Assembly (NCBI GenBank): GCA_050633245.1
Contig: JBOEGD010000009.1
Location: 192,001 to 256,000, forward strand
DNA from: Calditrichia bacterium
GTDB taxonomy: Bacteria > Calditrichota > Calditrichia > RBG-13-44-9 > J075
Direction: 5' to 3'
DNA length: 64,000 bases
Shown: piece by piece, positions 37,903 through 47,581 of the stretch
Numbering within the stretch: position 1 is the stretch's first letter
How the letters are laid out: every line of letters starts with the position of its first letter
The notes under the pieces: model-generated
Seen by the model: the letters and a program-made list of their open reading frames with translations, nothing else
Told to the model about the DNA's origin: nothing
Databases searched by the model: none
Program-made: the position numbers and the translations under genes

Positions 37903-38520
37903 TTAAACAAGTTTATCCTGTAGTGCTCGTGCTACGGCTTGCGAACTGGAATTGACTTCCAGCTTGCGATAGATGCTTTTAATATGGCCATGAACCGTTC
38001 CGCGTGAGATACCCAGCGAAGCTGCGATCATCTTATAGCTGTCACCACGGCAGAGCAGCTGGAGAATTTGTGCCTCACGCGTTGTCAGCTCTACCGGGGC
38101 AGGGCGGTGAAACGAATCCAATACCCGACGCGCTATATGTGCCGTCATCGGTGCGCCGCCATTTGCTACTTCGTGGATGGCTGCAATGAGTTTGAGTGGC
38201 GGTGTTGTTTTAACAAGATAGCCGCATGCGCCGGCGCTCAGCGCCTGAAACACCAACTCATCTTCCTCGTGAACCGTAAGCATCAAGATATCTGTGTCGG
38301 GACAGGCCTTGCGAATATCCGGCAGTGCCTCAACGCCCCAGCGCCCGGGCATTTCGATGTCGAGCAGCAATACCTCCGGAGCATTGCCGACAATTTCTTT
38401 CAGCGCCACATCGCAATTGCTATAGGATGCCAGACAAAACATATTCGGAGTGCCGTCAATCAGTAAATGTAATCCCTCACGAATATCCCGATTATCTTCA
38501 ACCAGCGAAACGGAAATCAT
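37903..38520 (-). CDS. NarL/LuxR family response regulator (RR1)
   Basis: LVEDN, LLDIEMP, GACGYLVK, LTTREAQIL, HIKSIYRKL. Start moved to ATG 38520. Confidence 0.93.
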   Translation of the reverse strand: MISVSLVEDNRDIREGLHLLIDGTPNMFCLASYSNCDVALKEIVGNAPEVLLLDIEMPGRWGVEALPDIRKACPDTDILMLTVHEEDELVFQALSAGACGYLVKTTPPLKLIAAIHEVANGGAPMTAHIARRVLDSFHRPAPVELTTREAQILQLLCRGDSYKMIAASLGISRGTVHGHIKSIYRKLEVNSSSQAVARALQDKLV

Positions 38521-38524
38521 AAGT

Positions 38525-41500
38525 CTATCCTTTTTCTGCAAGTGATATGGATGATGAAACGCCTTCCGGTAGTGCTGCTGAGAAGATAACAGATGTGCCA
38601 ACATTAGGAGCGGCTTCAACGACAAGCTTGCCACCCAGCTTTCTCGCACGCTGCTGCATGTTTTCCAGTCCATTCCCTGCACTATCTTCATTTATGCCAA
38701 ACCCAACCCCATTGTCTACGACGGCAATACGCAAAATCCCGTTTTTGCAGCACCACTCAAGCTTCACCCGGGTCGCTTTGCTGTGCTTCAACACATTATG
38801 AAAAGCCTCTTTAACCAGCAACGTGACGTGACGTCGCCAATCCATAGACAGCGTAATGTTTGGTGGACAGTTATTGTCCAGTTCACACTGCATGTCGATT
38901 GGCGAATCGCTGAACAAGTCTGTTGCAAATTCATTGAGATGCCGCACCAAATCGTAGAGCGAATCGTTTTCCGGGTTTAGTGCCCAGATAAAATCGCGGG
39001 AGTCACTCCCGAGTCGTTCAGCGGCACCGGCGATCTTATCGAGATAGCGACGCATCGTGCCATCTGCGTTCGATCCGTTTAATGTCTGCGTAGCCAGCTC
39101 GCTGTATAGTGAAATTTTTGTTAACTGATGCCCCATCTGATCATGATAATCGCGAGACGTTTTGTCGCGCATCCAGGACCTCTCTAACGAACGTGCTCGT
39201 TGAATAAGCAACGATTGTCTTATCTGCTGCTGAAGACGATAGCGATGCAGCAGGTAAGCAATTGCGAGAACAGTAGCGATGCAAAGCAAGTAAAACCAGC
39301 TATTTAGCCAAAAGGGTGCGGTGATTATTAAAGGCAGGCGAGCTGTTTGTAAAGAAGGCTTGCCTGCACTATCTGTACCGCGCACTTCAAATACATATTG
39401 TCCGGGGGGTAGTTTTCCAAAGCTGACGCTGGTTTTATTACCGGCTAATATCCATTCATCAGTCCAGCCGATTAAACGATAGAAATAGCAGTTTTTCTGA
39501 GGAGCCGTATAATCCAGTAGTGCATAATTAAATTCTGGCTCACGCTGATCCCAGCTCAGTCTGAGTTCTTCATCTTGCGACAGCCAATGCACGTTTCCGC
39601 TTACGGTAATTGAATTGAGAACAATGGGTGACCGGGTCTCCTTTTCCGACAGCGGGGTAACGGGGATACGGTTAATACCATTAATGCCGCCAAACAGGAT
39701 ACTTCCGTCGCTTAAAGTAAGCGATACTCCCTGCGTGAACAAATTTCCCTGCAGGCCATCATGAACATCAAAGTTGCGAATGCTTTTATCAGCAGGACTA
39801 AATCGTGTTACCCCCTGATGCGTGCTCAACCAAAGACTTTCTTCGCCCAAAGAAGCGATTCCACAAATCACATCGTTTGCAAGCCCCGAGTCCAAATCAT
39901 ACGTTTCGCAGATGCCATTTTCGGGATCCAAAAGAGCCAATCCGGCACTGGTACCCACCCAGATCTTGCCGTTTTCCGCCTGCTGCACTGCATAGATGTA
40001 ACTGCTGGGAAGGCTTTGTGCATCGTTTAATTGATGGCGATAGTTGACAAAGTTATCGGATGCTGCGTCGTATCTACTCAACCCACCATACGTTCCAATC
40101 CAGATATTATCAAATTCATCCTTGTATAGAGACAGCGTCCAGCTATGTGCAAGAGACGAAGCATCTGTTGCAGAAAAGAGATAGCGCTGTACCTTACCGC
40201 TTACAATATCCATGCGATTAAGGCCATTGGAAGTGGCAATCCAGAGGTCATCTTCATTCCCCTCTACAAGTGCATTAATTACTCCGTAACTGAGGGAAGA
40301 TTTATTTTCAGGATTGTGGCGATACACCTTTTTTTTACCATTTGGACCGATACGTAGCAGTCTATTACCAGACGCGATCCAGGAAAGGTAGCCATTGCGT
40401 TGATCGCGTGTCTCACAAAGAGCTCGAATTTTAGCATACCCTTTTGTAACGTACTTCGTATTTACAGGATGATCTTCAAAACGCAGCTTCGAGAGTGAAC
40501 TTGTATAGGGCTCTTCAGAGACACTCAATCCTTCTGTAGTGGCCACCCAAAGATGTCTATCATGCGTTTGCATCAGCGCGGTAATTTCATTGCCGGGAAT
40601 TGTATCATCGCGATACGGATTATGTCGCAGTAGCTCAAACTTGTTTTTCCAGGGGGCATAACGGTTGACGCCGCCCAGGTAGGAGCCAATCCAGAGCATA
40701 CCGGAAACGTCATGGCACAGACTGATAATCTGGTTACTGCACAGCGTTCCGGGCTGGCGCGCATTATGATAGCTGTTGATGAAAACACTGCTACCGAGTG
40801 AACCTGCATGGATTGTTGACAAGCCATTCTCGGTGGCAATCCAGAACTGTCCCTGCATATCTTCCGCGATAGCATTAACGGAATTTGATGCCAGGCTGGC
40901 AGGGTTTTGCTTATCTGCGAAAAATTTATGAACGACTCTTTTCGACTCACCCTGCGATAAGATGCTTATCCCGTTACGTGCGGTGCCGACCCATAATCGA
41001 CGTGATTGATCTTCATAAATAGTTCGAATAAATGTGCCTGAAAGATACTGGTTCGATTGATCAGATTTATCAAACGCAACACTGCCCTGCCCCTCTTTTA
41101 TCGCAAAAAGCCCATTGGTGCTTCCAACCCAGAGAGTAGAATCCGAGTCCAGCAGCAGTCTTTGAATTGAGCGTAGCGGTTTTCCATTCAGCGTAATGGG
41201 AACCGGCTTAAAATGATATATGCCATTGCCATCCTGTTCCGCAGTATACACCCCACTCCGAGAAGTGGCAAACCACAGCTTGCGTTTTCCCTGCCAATTC
41301 GTCTCGGCAACGGACCAAATGGTATTGTCACCAATAGCTGTGCTATCCTGCTCTGAAGCCAGAAAACGCTGAAACGTCCCGTTTTTTTTATCAAAGCGAT
41401 TTAGGCCACCACCCCAAGTACCTACCCAGAGATCGCCCTGGCTGTCTTCGAAGACTGTAATAATGTCGTTATGGGAAATGGATTGAAGATCTTGCGGGTC

Positions 41501-41752
41501 ATTGCGATAGCGGGTGTATTGCTGACCATCATAGCGAATAAGACCATACATACTGCCGAGCCAAATTACACCATGCCGATCCTGAATAATACTATAAACC
41601 ATATTATGAGAAATACCCTCTTCAAGTGAGAGCGTTTCGAAGGTAAAGCGAGAATCGGCGGAGGCAGTTAGTGAGGCAATCAAAAAAAGGAGGCCGCAGA
41701 TATGCAGCCTCCGGAAAAGCACTAATTTTATTTTTTTCTTTCGCACGTGCAT
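38525..41752 (-). CDS. Sensor histidine kinase HK1 (Reg_prop beta-propellers + YYY + TM + HisKA_3/HATPase)
   Basis: Many D..G.LWIGT repeats, YALLDY...YFYRL, RDYHDQMG, KEAFHNVLKHS, DNGVGF, GNGLENM. Confidence 0.92.
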   Translation of the reverse strand: MHVRKKKIKLVLFRRLHICGLLFLIASLTASADSRFTFETLSLEEGISHNMVYSIIQDRHGVIWLGSMYGLIRYDGQQYTRYRNDPQDLQSISHNDIITVFEDSQGDLWVGTWGGGLNRFDKKNGTFQRFLASEQDSTAIGDNTIWSVAETNWQGKRKLWFATSRSGVYTAEQDGNGIYHFKPVPITLNGKPLRSIQRLLLDSDSTLWVGSTNGLFAIKEGQGSVAFDKSDQSNQYLSGTFIRTIYEDQSRRLWVGTARNGISILSQGESKRVVHKFFADKQNPASLASNSVNAIAEDMQGQFWIATENGLSTIHAGSLGSSVFINSYHNARQPGTLCSNQIISLCHDVSGMLWIGSYLGGVNRYAPWKNKFELLRHNPYRDDTIPGNEITALMQTHDRHLWVATTEGLSVSEEPYTSSLSKLRFEDHPVNTKYVTKGYAKIRALCETRDQRNGYLSWIASGNRLLRIGPNGKKKVYRHNPENKSSLSYGVINALVEGNEDDLWIATSNGLNRMDIVSGKVQRYLFSATDASSLAHSWTLSLYKDEFDNIWIGTYGGLSRYDAASDNFVNYRHQLNDAQSLPSSYIYAVQQAENGKIWVGTSAGLALLDPENGICETYDLDSGLANDVICGIASLGEESLWLSTHQGVTRFSPADKSIRNFDVHDGLQGNLFTQGVSLTLSDGSILFGGINGINRIPVTPLSEKETRSPIVLNSITVSGNVHWLSQDEELRLSWDQREPEFNYALLDYTAPQKNCYFYRLIGWTDEWILAGNKTSVSFGKLPPGQYVFEVRGTDSAGKPSLQTARLPLIITAPFWLNSWFYLLCIATVLAIAYLLHRYRLQQQIRQSLLIQRARSLERSWMRDKTSRDYHDQMGHQLTKISLYSELATQTLNGSNADGTMRRYLDKIAGAAERLGSDSRDFIWALNPENDSLYDLVRHLNEFATDLFSDSPIDMQCELDNNCPPNITLSMDWRRHVTLLVKEAFHNVLKHSKATRVKLEWCCKNGILRIAVVDNGVGFGINEDSAGNGLENMQQRARKLGGKLVVEAAPNVGTSVIFSAALPEGVSSSISLAEKG

Positions 41753-41829
41753 ACTTTACCTCCCTCTGGTAAAAGTAAACATTCGGGCATACTAAGAATA
41801 GAAAGTCAGGGCGTAGTATAACTGTTAGG

Positions 41830-41949
41830 CTACGCGTTCATAAAATGAAGAAGGGCGTAGCAAGCGAAAACCACAAGACCGACAAAACGTTTTGCCCCGG
41901 ATGTTCCGACTAATAAACCACTACTTAAAACTGCATAAGCGAATTCCAT
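41830..41949 (-). CDS. Putative 39-aa hydrophobic small protein
   Basis: AAGGAG-ttgaac-ATG, then MEFAYAVLSSGLLVGTSGAKRFVGLVVFACYALLHFMNA*. Sits in an otherwise empty gap. Confidence 0.5.
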   Translation of the reverse strand: MEFAYAVLSSGLLVGTSGAKRFVGLVVFACYALLHFMNA

Positions 41950-42109
41950 GTTCAACTCCTTGCGACAAGTGCATTTGATTTTGCAGCGCGTCAAGCTGTA
42001 TATCATGATACAAACTGAAAACAAGTGAATCCATAACCCGAATGGGGCATTTTTGGGCATTTTTTTAGTCTTTTATGGAGAATATTGGAAGGTTATCTCA
42101 AAAGGGGGC

Positions 42110-42135
42110 AAAAGCCCATAACCTTGGCTATGGGC
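42110..42135 (-). terminator. Probable terminator after RR2
   Basis: GCCCATA...TATGGGC stem followed by TTTT on the minus strand. Confidence 0.6.
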
Positions 42136-42149
42136 GTAAGTTCAAATTA

Positions 42150-42773
42150 CTATAGGTTTACCAGTTTTTCTTTGAATGCCTTGGCAACGGCTTCAGACTT
42201 GGAGTGAACCTCGAGCTTGCGATAAATGTTTTTAATATGTCGGCGAACGGTTTCTTCGCTGATATATAAATCGTCCGCAATCATCTTATAGCTCTTGCCC
42301 TTGCAAAGATGCGTCAGCACCTCGGTTTCACGCTGTGTAAGCGAGGTTTGCTGAGTTATCTGAAATGATTTTACAACCATTCGAGCAATCAATGTACTCA
42401 TCGGAGCACCACCGCCGCGGGTCTCTTGAATAGCTTCAAGCAGTTGTGCCGGAGGCGTATCCTTGATCATATAACCGCATGCGCCGGCACAAAGAGCATC
42501 GAAGACCACCTTATCATCGCTCTGAATAGTGAGGACCATTATATCTAAATCGGGCAGTTTTTCTTTTAATGCTTTAATGCCTTCAATTCCAGACATTCCG
42601 GGCAAACCGATATCCATTAACACCACATCGGGTATCTCTTTTGGAATACCTTTTATCGCTTTTTCGCACGTCCCAAAAGCGCTAATACATTTAAAGCCAG
42701 GCGTCCCATTTATAAGTAGAGCAAGACTCTCGCGAATATCCGGATCGTCTTCAACTATGGAAACTTCTATCAT
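42150..42773 (-). CDS. NarL/LuxR family response regulator (RR2)
   Basis: IVEDD, LMDIGLPGMSG, LTQRETEVL, HIKNIYRKL. Confidence 0.95.
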   Translation of the reverse strand: MIEVSIVEDDPDIRESLALLINGTPGFKCISAFGTCEKAIKGIPKEIPDVVLMDIGLPGMSGIEGIKALKEKLPDLDIMVLTIQSDDKVVFDALCAGACGYMIKDTPPAQLLEAIQETRGGGAPMSTLIARMVVKSFQITQQTSLTQRETEVLTHLCKGKSYKMIADDLYISEETVRRHIKNIYRKLEVHSKSEAVAKAFKEKLVNL

Positions 42774-42852
42774 TTTTTATCCCTTCAAATTGTGGATTCC
42801 GTTCCGCATATCATTTAAACATACACTAATGTGGTATGGAAAACCAGCAAAA

Positions 42853-45800
42853 TCAATTACCTGTTTGGGGCATTTTTCCACGAAACTTAAGGATTGTACC
42901 GTTTCCGGAGCTGGCAACAATTATTTCCCCGCCCAACTTTGAAGCACGAATTCGCATATTGCGCATACCGTTACCACCAGAGCTCTCCAGAGCGAAATCA
43001 GACTCGGTTCCATTGGGTTGGGCAAGCATATCCTTCGGCAGTCCCTGGCCATCGTCAGTCAATACAACCTCAATCAAACTGTCTTTCAACTCAAGATTCA
43101 GCGTCACATTACTACATTTTCCATGCTTTAAGGCATTATTCATAGCTTCCTTAAAGATTAACACCAAATGCCTCCGCCAGTCGGTAGTCAGATGAGCTTG
43201 CTCCATCTCTTCCGTCATACCGGCAACGCGAAATGCCACACCAGTTTTGTCGAACAACTCATCACCAAAGTCTTTTAACCGCACACCCACTTCATGGAGC
43301 GAATCCTTGTCGGGGTCGAGAGTCCAGATAAAGTCGCGCATGCCACCGCTAAGGCCTTTGGTATTTTCGCTGATTCGCGTTAAATAATCCTTTACCTCCG
43401 GCGTGACGGATGGATTTCGCTGCACGATTTCACTAAATAAATTGATCTTTGTCAGCTTATGCCCCAGCTCATCATGAAAATCGTGTGCAGCTTTGGCGCG
43501 CACTCGTTCATTCTCCTGCATTCGCACCTGCTCAAGGCGCAACTTCCTTCTCACACGAATTTTGTAGTAAGCCACGGCAAGCCCCAAAAGTAGCAGAGCA
43601 GAAAGTATTCTAAACCAGGTAGTTTGCCACCACGGAGGAGAAACAACGATTCGCAGCTGAAAACCATCACGATTCCAAACACCATCATTATTCGACGCGA
43701 GTACCTTGAGGTGAAACTCACCGGGCTTTAGTCCCGGATAAGATGTAACGCGTCCCGTTAGTTCACTAAGCGTATCGCCGCTGCTATTGGTAAGGATTTG
43801 CAGATAGCTGTTTTTAGCAGGGTTCACATAATCTAACGCCGCGAAAGCAAAGTAAAGCGCATTCTCATCATAGTTGAGGTAGAGAGGTTCTTTCTTCGTT
43901 TCTGCTTCATGTAGCCGATGTTTTGCAGGGAGATTATTAATCTTAAAATCTGCCACAACAATAGGTGGAATATGTTCATTATCTTTCACACTATCCGGGA
44001 AAAAGGCGTTAAATCCATTTATTCCGCCAAAGAACATTTCACCGGATGGGGCTCGAAATGCCGCGCCGGCGCTAAACTCATTGCTCTGTAAGCCATCACT
44101 AACGTCATAATTGCGCACGCTCCCCGAATGCGGATTAAAGCGCGATATTCCTTCGTTGGTACTCAACCAGAGGTTGCCAAAATCATCTTCGAGGATGGCA
44201 CGGATACTGTTATTTGCTAACCCGTCTTCTTCGGTAATGAAGTGAAACTTCTCCTGTTCGCGATCGAAGCGATTTAATCCACCGCTATATGTGCCGAACC
44301 AAACATTTCCGGCGACATCATGCTGAATTGCCCAGATTGCCGCGTTGTTCAAGCTGTTTGGGTCATCAAAGTTTTGTGTATAATTTTTAAACCACTCACT
44401 TTTGCGATCGAAGCTGTTCAAGCCGCCAGACTGTGTGCCTATCCACAGCGTTCGGCCATTGCTAAACAGGTCTTCAGAAATAGCACGTACTTCATTATTG
44501 CTGAGCGTTCCGGCATTATCAGGCTCTACCGTATAGCGTTTAAAGGTCTCGCGAAAACCATCGAGCTGATTTAAGCCGCGATTGGTTCCAATCCAGATCT
44601 GTCCGTACTGATCCTCATAAATAGTATTAATATCGTCGCTTGAAAGCGAGTTGCTATTTTCAGGATCATAGCGATACCCTTTAAACGTGCCCGAAGCGCG
44701 ATCCATGCGATAAAGGCCGGCACCAAGCGTGCCAACCCAGAGGCTGCCTGACTGATCTTCCAACAAGCACGTTACAGCGTCACCACCCAATGCAGTGGGA
44801 TTGTCAGAATCTGCCCGAAAATAGGTATAGAGAAATTTCGACGGATGCGCGGGATTTACCTCAAGCAGATTTAACCCTCCACCCAACGTCCCGACCCAAA
44901 GACGCTTTGCAGCGTCCTGAAGAATTGACGTTACAACAGGATGGCTAAGCCCACTCCCCTCTTCACCCGCGCCAAAATATTTAAATTTTGAAGCCGCGAT
45001 ATTTACCTTATTCAAACCACCGCGCTTGGTGCCAATCCACAGTTGTCCGGATCGATCTTCAAACATTGAAGTAATTTCATTGTCAGAGAGGCTGCGGTCA
45101 TTGTTTGGCTGATTCTCGTAGCTTTTAAAACGGGGGCGAGCAAAGGGTGTACCATATATTGGATGAGAGAGCGTGAGCTCATTTAGTCCGTTCTGCTCTG
45201 TTCCAACCCACAGTTTTCCCTGGCGATCGAAGTGCATCATGTTGGCATCCGGGCCGCTTAGCCCCTGCGCCAACCGATCGGTATTTTCCGAATAGTTGTA
45301 TTGTTGAACGTGTCGGCTTCGGCGATTAAAACGTGTGATAGATCCGTTTTCCATAAGCAGCCATAGATCATAAGAAGCTGGCGATGGATCTGCATAGATC
45401 TCACGAATGTACCCGTCAATCAAGATGTTCAGTCCGCTATTACTCTTCGAAAACACTTCAAACGAGTCTGATCCATCCTCCAGGTATTTGGCAAGACCAC
45501 GCGTTGTTGCAATCCAGATTCCCCCGCTATAGTCTTCATGGATATCGGTAATCCAGCCCGGTGGGAGCATACCCCGCGAATCCCTGCGAGTAATCAGCTC
45601 CTCGATATATGCCTTATCACCTGCACTTATTGGAAGCAGCTGAATTCCCCAGAGTAAAGGGTCATCTGGCGGAACATCTTCCCATGCTCCAAAAGAGTGT
45701 TTGCCATTCGAAATATAACCGAGTTGATAGTCTCCCGGTGCCAGCTCCAGCAAGTCCAGTTGAAGCCGATTCATACGGCTTCCACCAGCGTGCGTACTCT

Positions 45801-46722
45801 TACTGCGATCCATGCTCCAAACACGTTTATCCTCTGCATCGCGAATAAAACCATAATCGCGCATAACAAAAGCGGCACCATCCCCCATTGCGATTACCAG
45901 TACACTGGTTTTTTCCTTTATCGTAAAAGGGATGCGTTCTTCCGCATTATTTCCGGGGTGAAGGCGCGTAGCAATGGGCGAATTTGAGCCAAGCAGCTCT
46001 TTTACACGATTTGTCAGCTGCGGGACATACAATTCCTTAGACGCACCGAAACGTCGGAAATCCAGCGACAGTGTATCCGCTTCCGATAAATTGTCTCGCA
46101 GTTCGGCCATACTAAGTCCATTACCAGAAGTACCAACCCAAAGTCGGTTATTGCGATCCTGATAGATGGTGCTAATTAGATCACTCCCAAGGCCGTCTTC
46201 ACTTCCACGATAGCGTTGAAAAACCTTTCGATCGCGAATAAACCGATTAAGGCCGCCTCCTTTGGTACCGATCCACAGACGTCGCTGGCGATCTTCATAA
46301 ATACAGGTGACATCATTATCACTAAGACTCTCGTCATTCAGTGCGTTTTTGCGAAAGTGTCTGAAAAGCTGAGTATCAGGGTTATAACAATTTATGCCGC
46401 CACCGCTGGTGCCTACCCAGAGTTTACCATAACTGTCTTCAAAGATTGAATTGATATAGTTTCCTGAAATAGAGCTGGTATCGCGTGGATTGTAGCGAAA
46501 AGAGATAAAGCTATAACCATCATAACATACCAGGCCGTCGGAAGTACCGAACCACATGTAGCCCTGGCGATCCTGATGAATTGCGGTAATATGATTTTGT
46601 GAAAGACCCTTTTCATAATCAATGCGTTCGAACTTACGCTGTTCGTTCGCATTCAGCGTAGCACCGGGCAAACCGGGCAAAAGCTGAAGGATTAAAGCAA
46701 AGTATAGTATGCGCAGCGCCAT
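42853..46722 (-). CDS. Sensor histidine kinase HK2 (Reg_prop + inserted extra domain + YYY + HisKA_3/HATPase)
   Basis: Propeller repeats, FAALDY, HDFHDELG, KEAMNNALKH, DDGQG, GNGMRNM. Confidence 0.92.
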   Translation of the reverse strand: MALRILYFALILQLLPGLPGATLNANEQRKFERIDYEKGLSQNHITAIHQDRQGYMWFGTSDGLVCYDGYSFISFRYNPRDTSSISGNYINSIFEDSYGKLWVGTSGGGINCYNPDTQLFRHFRKNALNDESLSDNDVTCIYEDRQRRLWIGTKGGGLNRFIRDRKVFQRYRGSEDGLGSDLISTIYQDRNNRLWVGTSGNGLSMAELRDNLSEADTLSLDFRRFGASKELYVPQLTNRVKELLGSNSPIATRLHPGNNAEERIPFTIKEKTSVLVIAMGDGAAFVMRDYGFIRDAEDKRVWSMDRSKSTHAGGSRMNRLQLDLLELAPGDYQLGYISNGKHSFGAWEDVPPDDPLLWGIQLLPISAGDKAYIEELITRRDSRGMLPPGWITDIHEDYSGGIWIATTRGLAKYLEDGSDSFEVFSKSNSGLNILIDGYIREIYADPSPASYDLWLLMENGSITRFNRRSRHVQQYNYSENTDRLAQGLSGPDANMMHFDRQGKLWVGTEQNGLNELTLSHPIYGTPFARPRFKSYENQPNNDRSLSDNEITSMFEDRSGQLWIGTKRGGLNKVNIAASKFKYFGAGEEGSGLSHPVVTSILQDAAKRLWVGTLGGGLNLLEVNPAHPSKFLYTYFRADSDNPTALGGDAVTCLLEDQSGSLWVGTLGAGLYRMDRASGTFKGYRYDPENSNSLSSDDINTIYEDQYGQIWIGTNRGLNQLDGFRETFKRYTVEPDNAGTLSNNEVRAISEDLFSNGRTLWIGTQSGGLNSFDRKSEWFKNYTQNFDDPNSLNNAAIWAIQHDVAGNVWFGTYSGGLNRFDREQEKFHFITEEDGLANNSIRAILEDDFGNLWLSTNEGISRFNPHSGSVRNYDVSDGLQSNEFSAGAAFRAPSGEMFFGGINGFNAFFPDSVKDNEHIPPIVVADFKINNLPAKHRLHEAETKKEPLYLNYDENALYFAFAALDYVNPAKNSYLQILTNSSGDTLSELTGRVTSYPGLKPGEFHLKVLASNNDGVWNRDGFQLRIVVSPPWWQTTWFRILSALLLLGLAVAYYKIRVRRKLRLEQVRMQENERVRAKAAHDFHDELGHKLTKINLFSEIVQRNPSVTPEVKDYLTRISENTKGLSGGMRDFIWTLDPDKDSLHEVGVRLKDFGDELFDKTGVAFRVAGMTEEMEQAHLTTDWRRHLVLIFKEAMNNALKHGKCSNVTLNLELKDSLIEVVLTDDGQGLPKDMLAQPNGTESDFALESSGGNGMRNMRIRASKLGGEIIVASSGNGTILKFRGKMPQTGN

Positions 46723-46828
46723 ATCGATTGTCTATTTTAGGATAAGTCGAATATCTGAATATACCACGGGTTATGAACCGGGCAAAGGTCATTTATTGTA
46801 GACAAATATGGCGGGAAAGTTCCTGAAA

Positions 46829-47410
46829 CTAGATTGAAGAGCCGACAGTTCCGTTGGCAGAGACCGATTTATAGTTTTCGAGATATTGAAACACCTCATC
46901 GACGGTCTTGGCAAAGAAGTAGAGTTGTCGAACATCCTGCTTGGCAAAACGCTCTTGAAAGAGGTACTCGAAAAAGGCAATCAGCGGCTCGAAGAAGAAG
47001 TTGGTATTTAAAAAGACAATCGGTTTGTTATGATAACCCAGGCTTTTCAACGTAATAATTTCGATGACCTCATCCATTGTGCCGAAACCACCCGGCAGGG
47101 TAACAAATGCGTCTGAATGTACTTCCATCTGTGCTTTGCGATCACGCATGTGGCGCGTAACAATTAATTCATCAGCATCCTGAAAAACCATTCCGGAACG
47201 ATTCAGCCTTTCTGGAACTACACCGACGATCTTGCCGCCTCCTTTGTGAACCGCCGATGCGACAGCTCCCATAAGACCCACTTCACCCGCGCCATAGACA
47301 AGCGAATACCCGCGGCGGGCAATTTCATTCCCCATCCGGACAGCCGCCTCAAAATATTTCATATCGATGCTGTTGCTTGCTGAACAGTATACGCAGATAG
47401 ATTTCAACAT
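46829..47410 (-). CDS. LOG family nucleotide 5'-monophosphate phosphoribohydrolase
   Basis: ICVYCSAS, LVYGAGEVGLMG, MRDRK, PGGFGTMDE. Confidence 0.92.
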   Translation of the reverse strand: MLKSICVYCSASNSIDMKYFEAAVRMGNEIARRGYSLVYGAGEVGLMGAVASAVHKGGGKIVGVVPERLNRSGMVFQDADELIVTRHMRDRKAQMEVHSDAFVTLPGGFGTMDEVIEIITLKSLGYHNKPIVFLNTNFFFEPLIAFFEYLFQERFAKQDVRQLYFFAKTVDEVFQYLENYKSVSANGTVGSSI

Positions 47411-47581
47411 CCGGACACTTCCCGGGTTAATGATCATCGTTGGGCATTAATGCAGCCAGGGCTGGATCAACACGATTTCTGGCTCAATATCGCGCAAAAT
47501 GGTGATTTAAACTTGATTGACGTTACAAACCCTCATTCCGAATTTGTGGCGATTTCACCTTCGCAAAAACAAAAGCAGCAC

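Noticed and set aside
46829-47410. SLOG-type defence gene
   Set aside because: Canonical stand-alone LOG with PGGxGTxxE next to purL; no effector partners.
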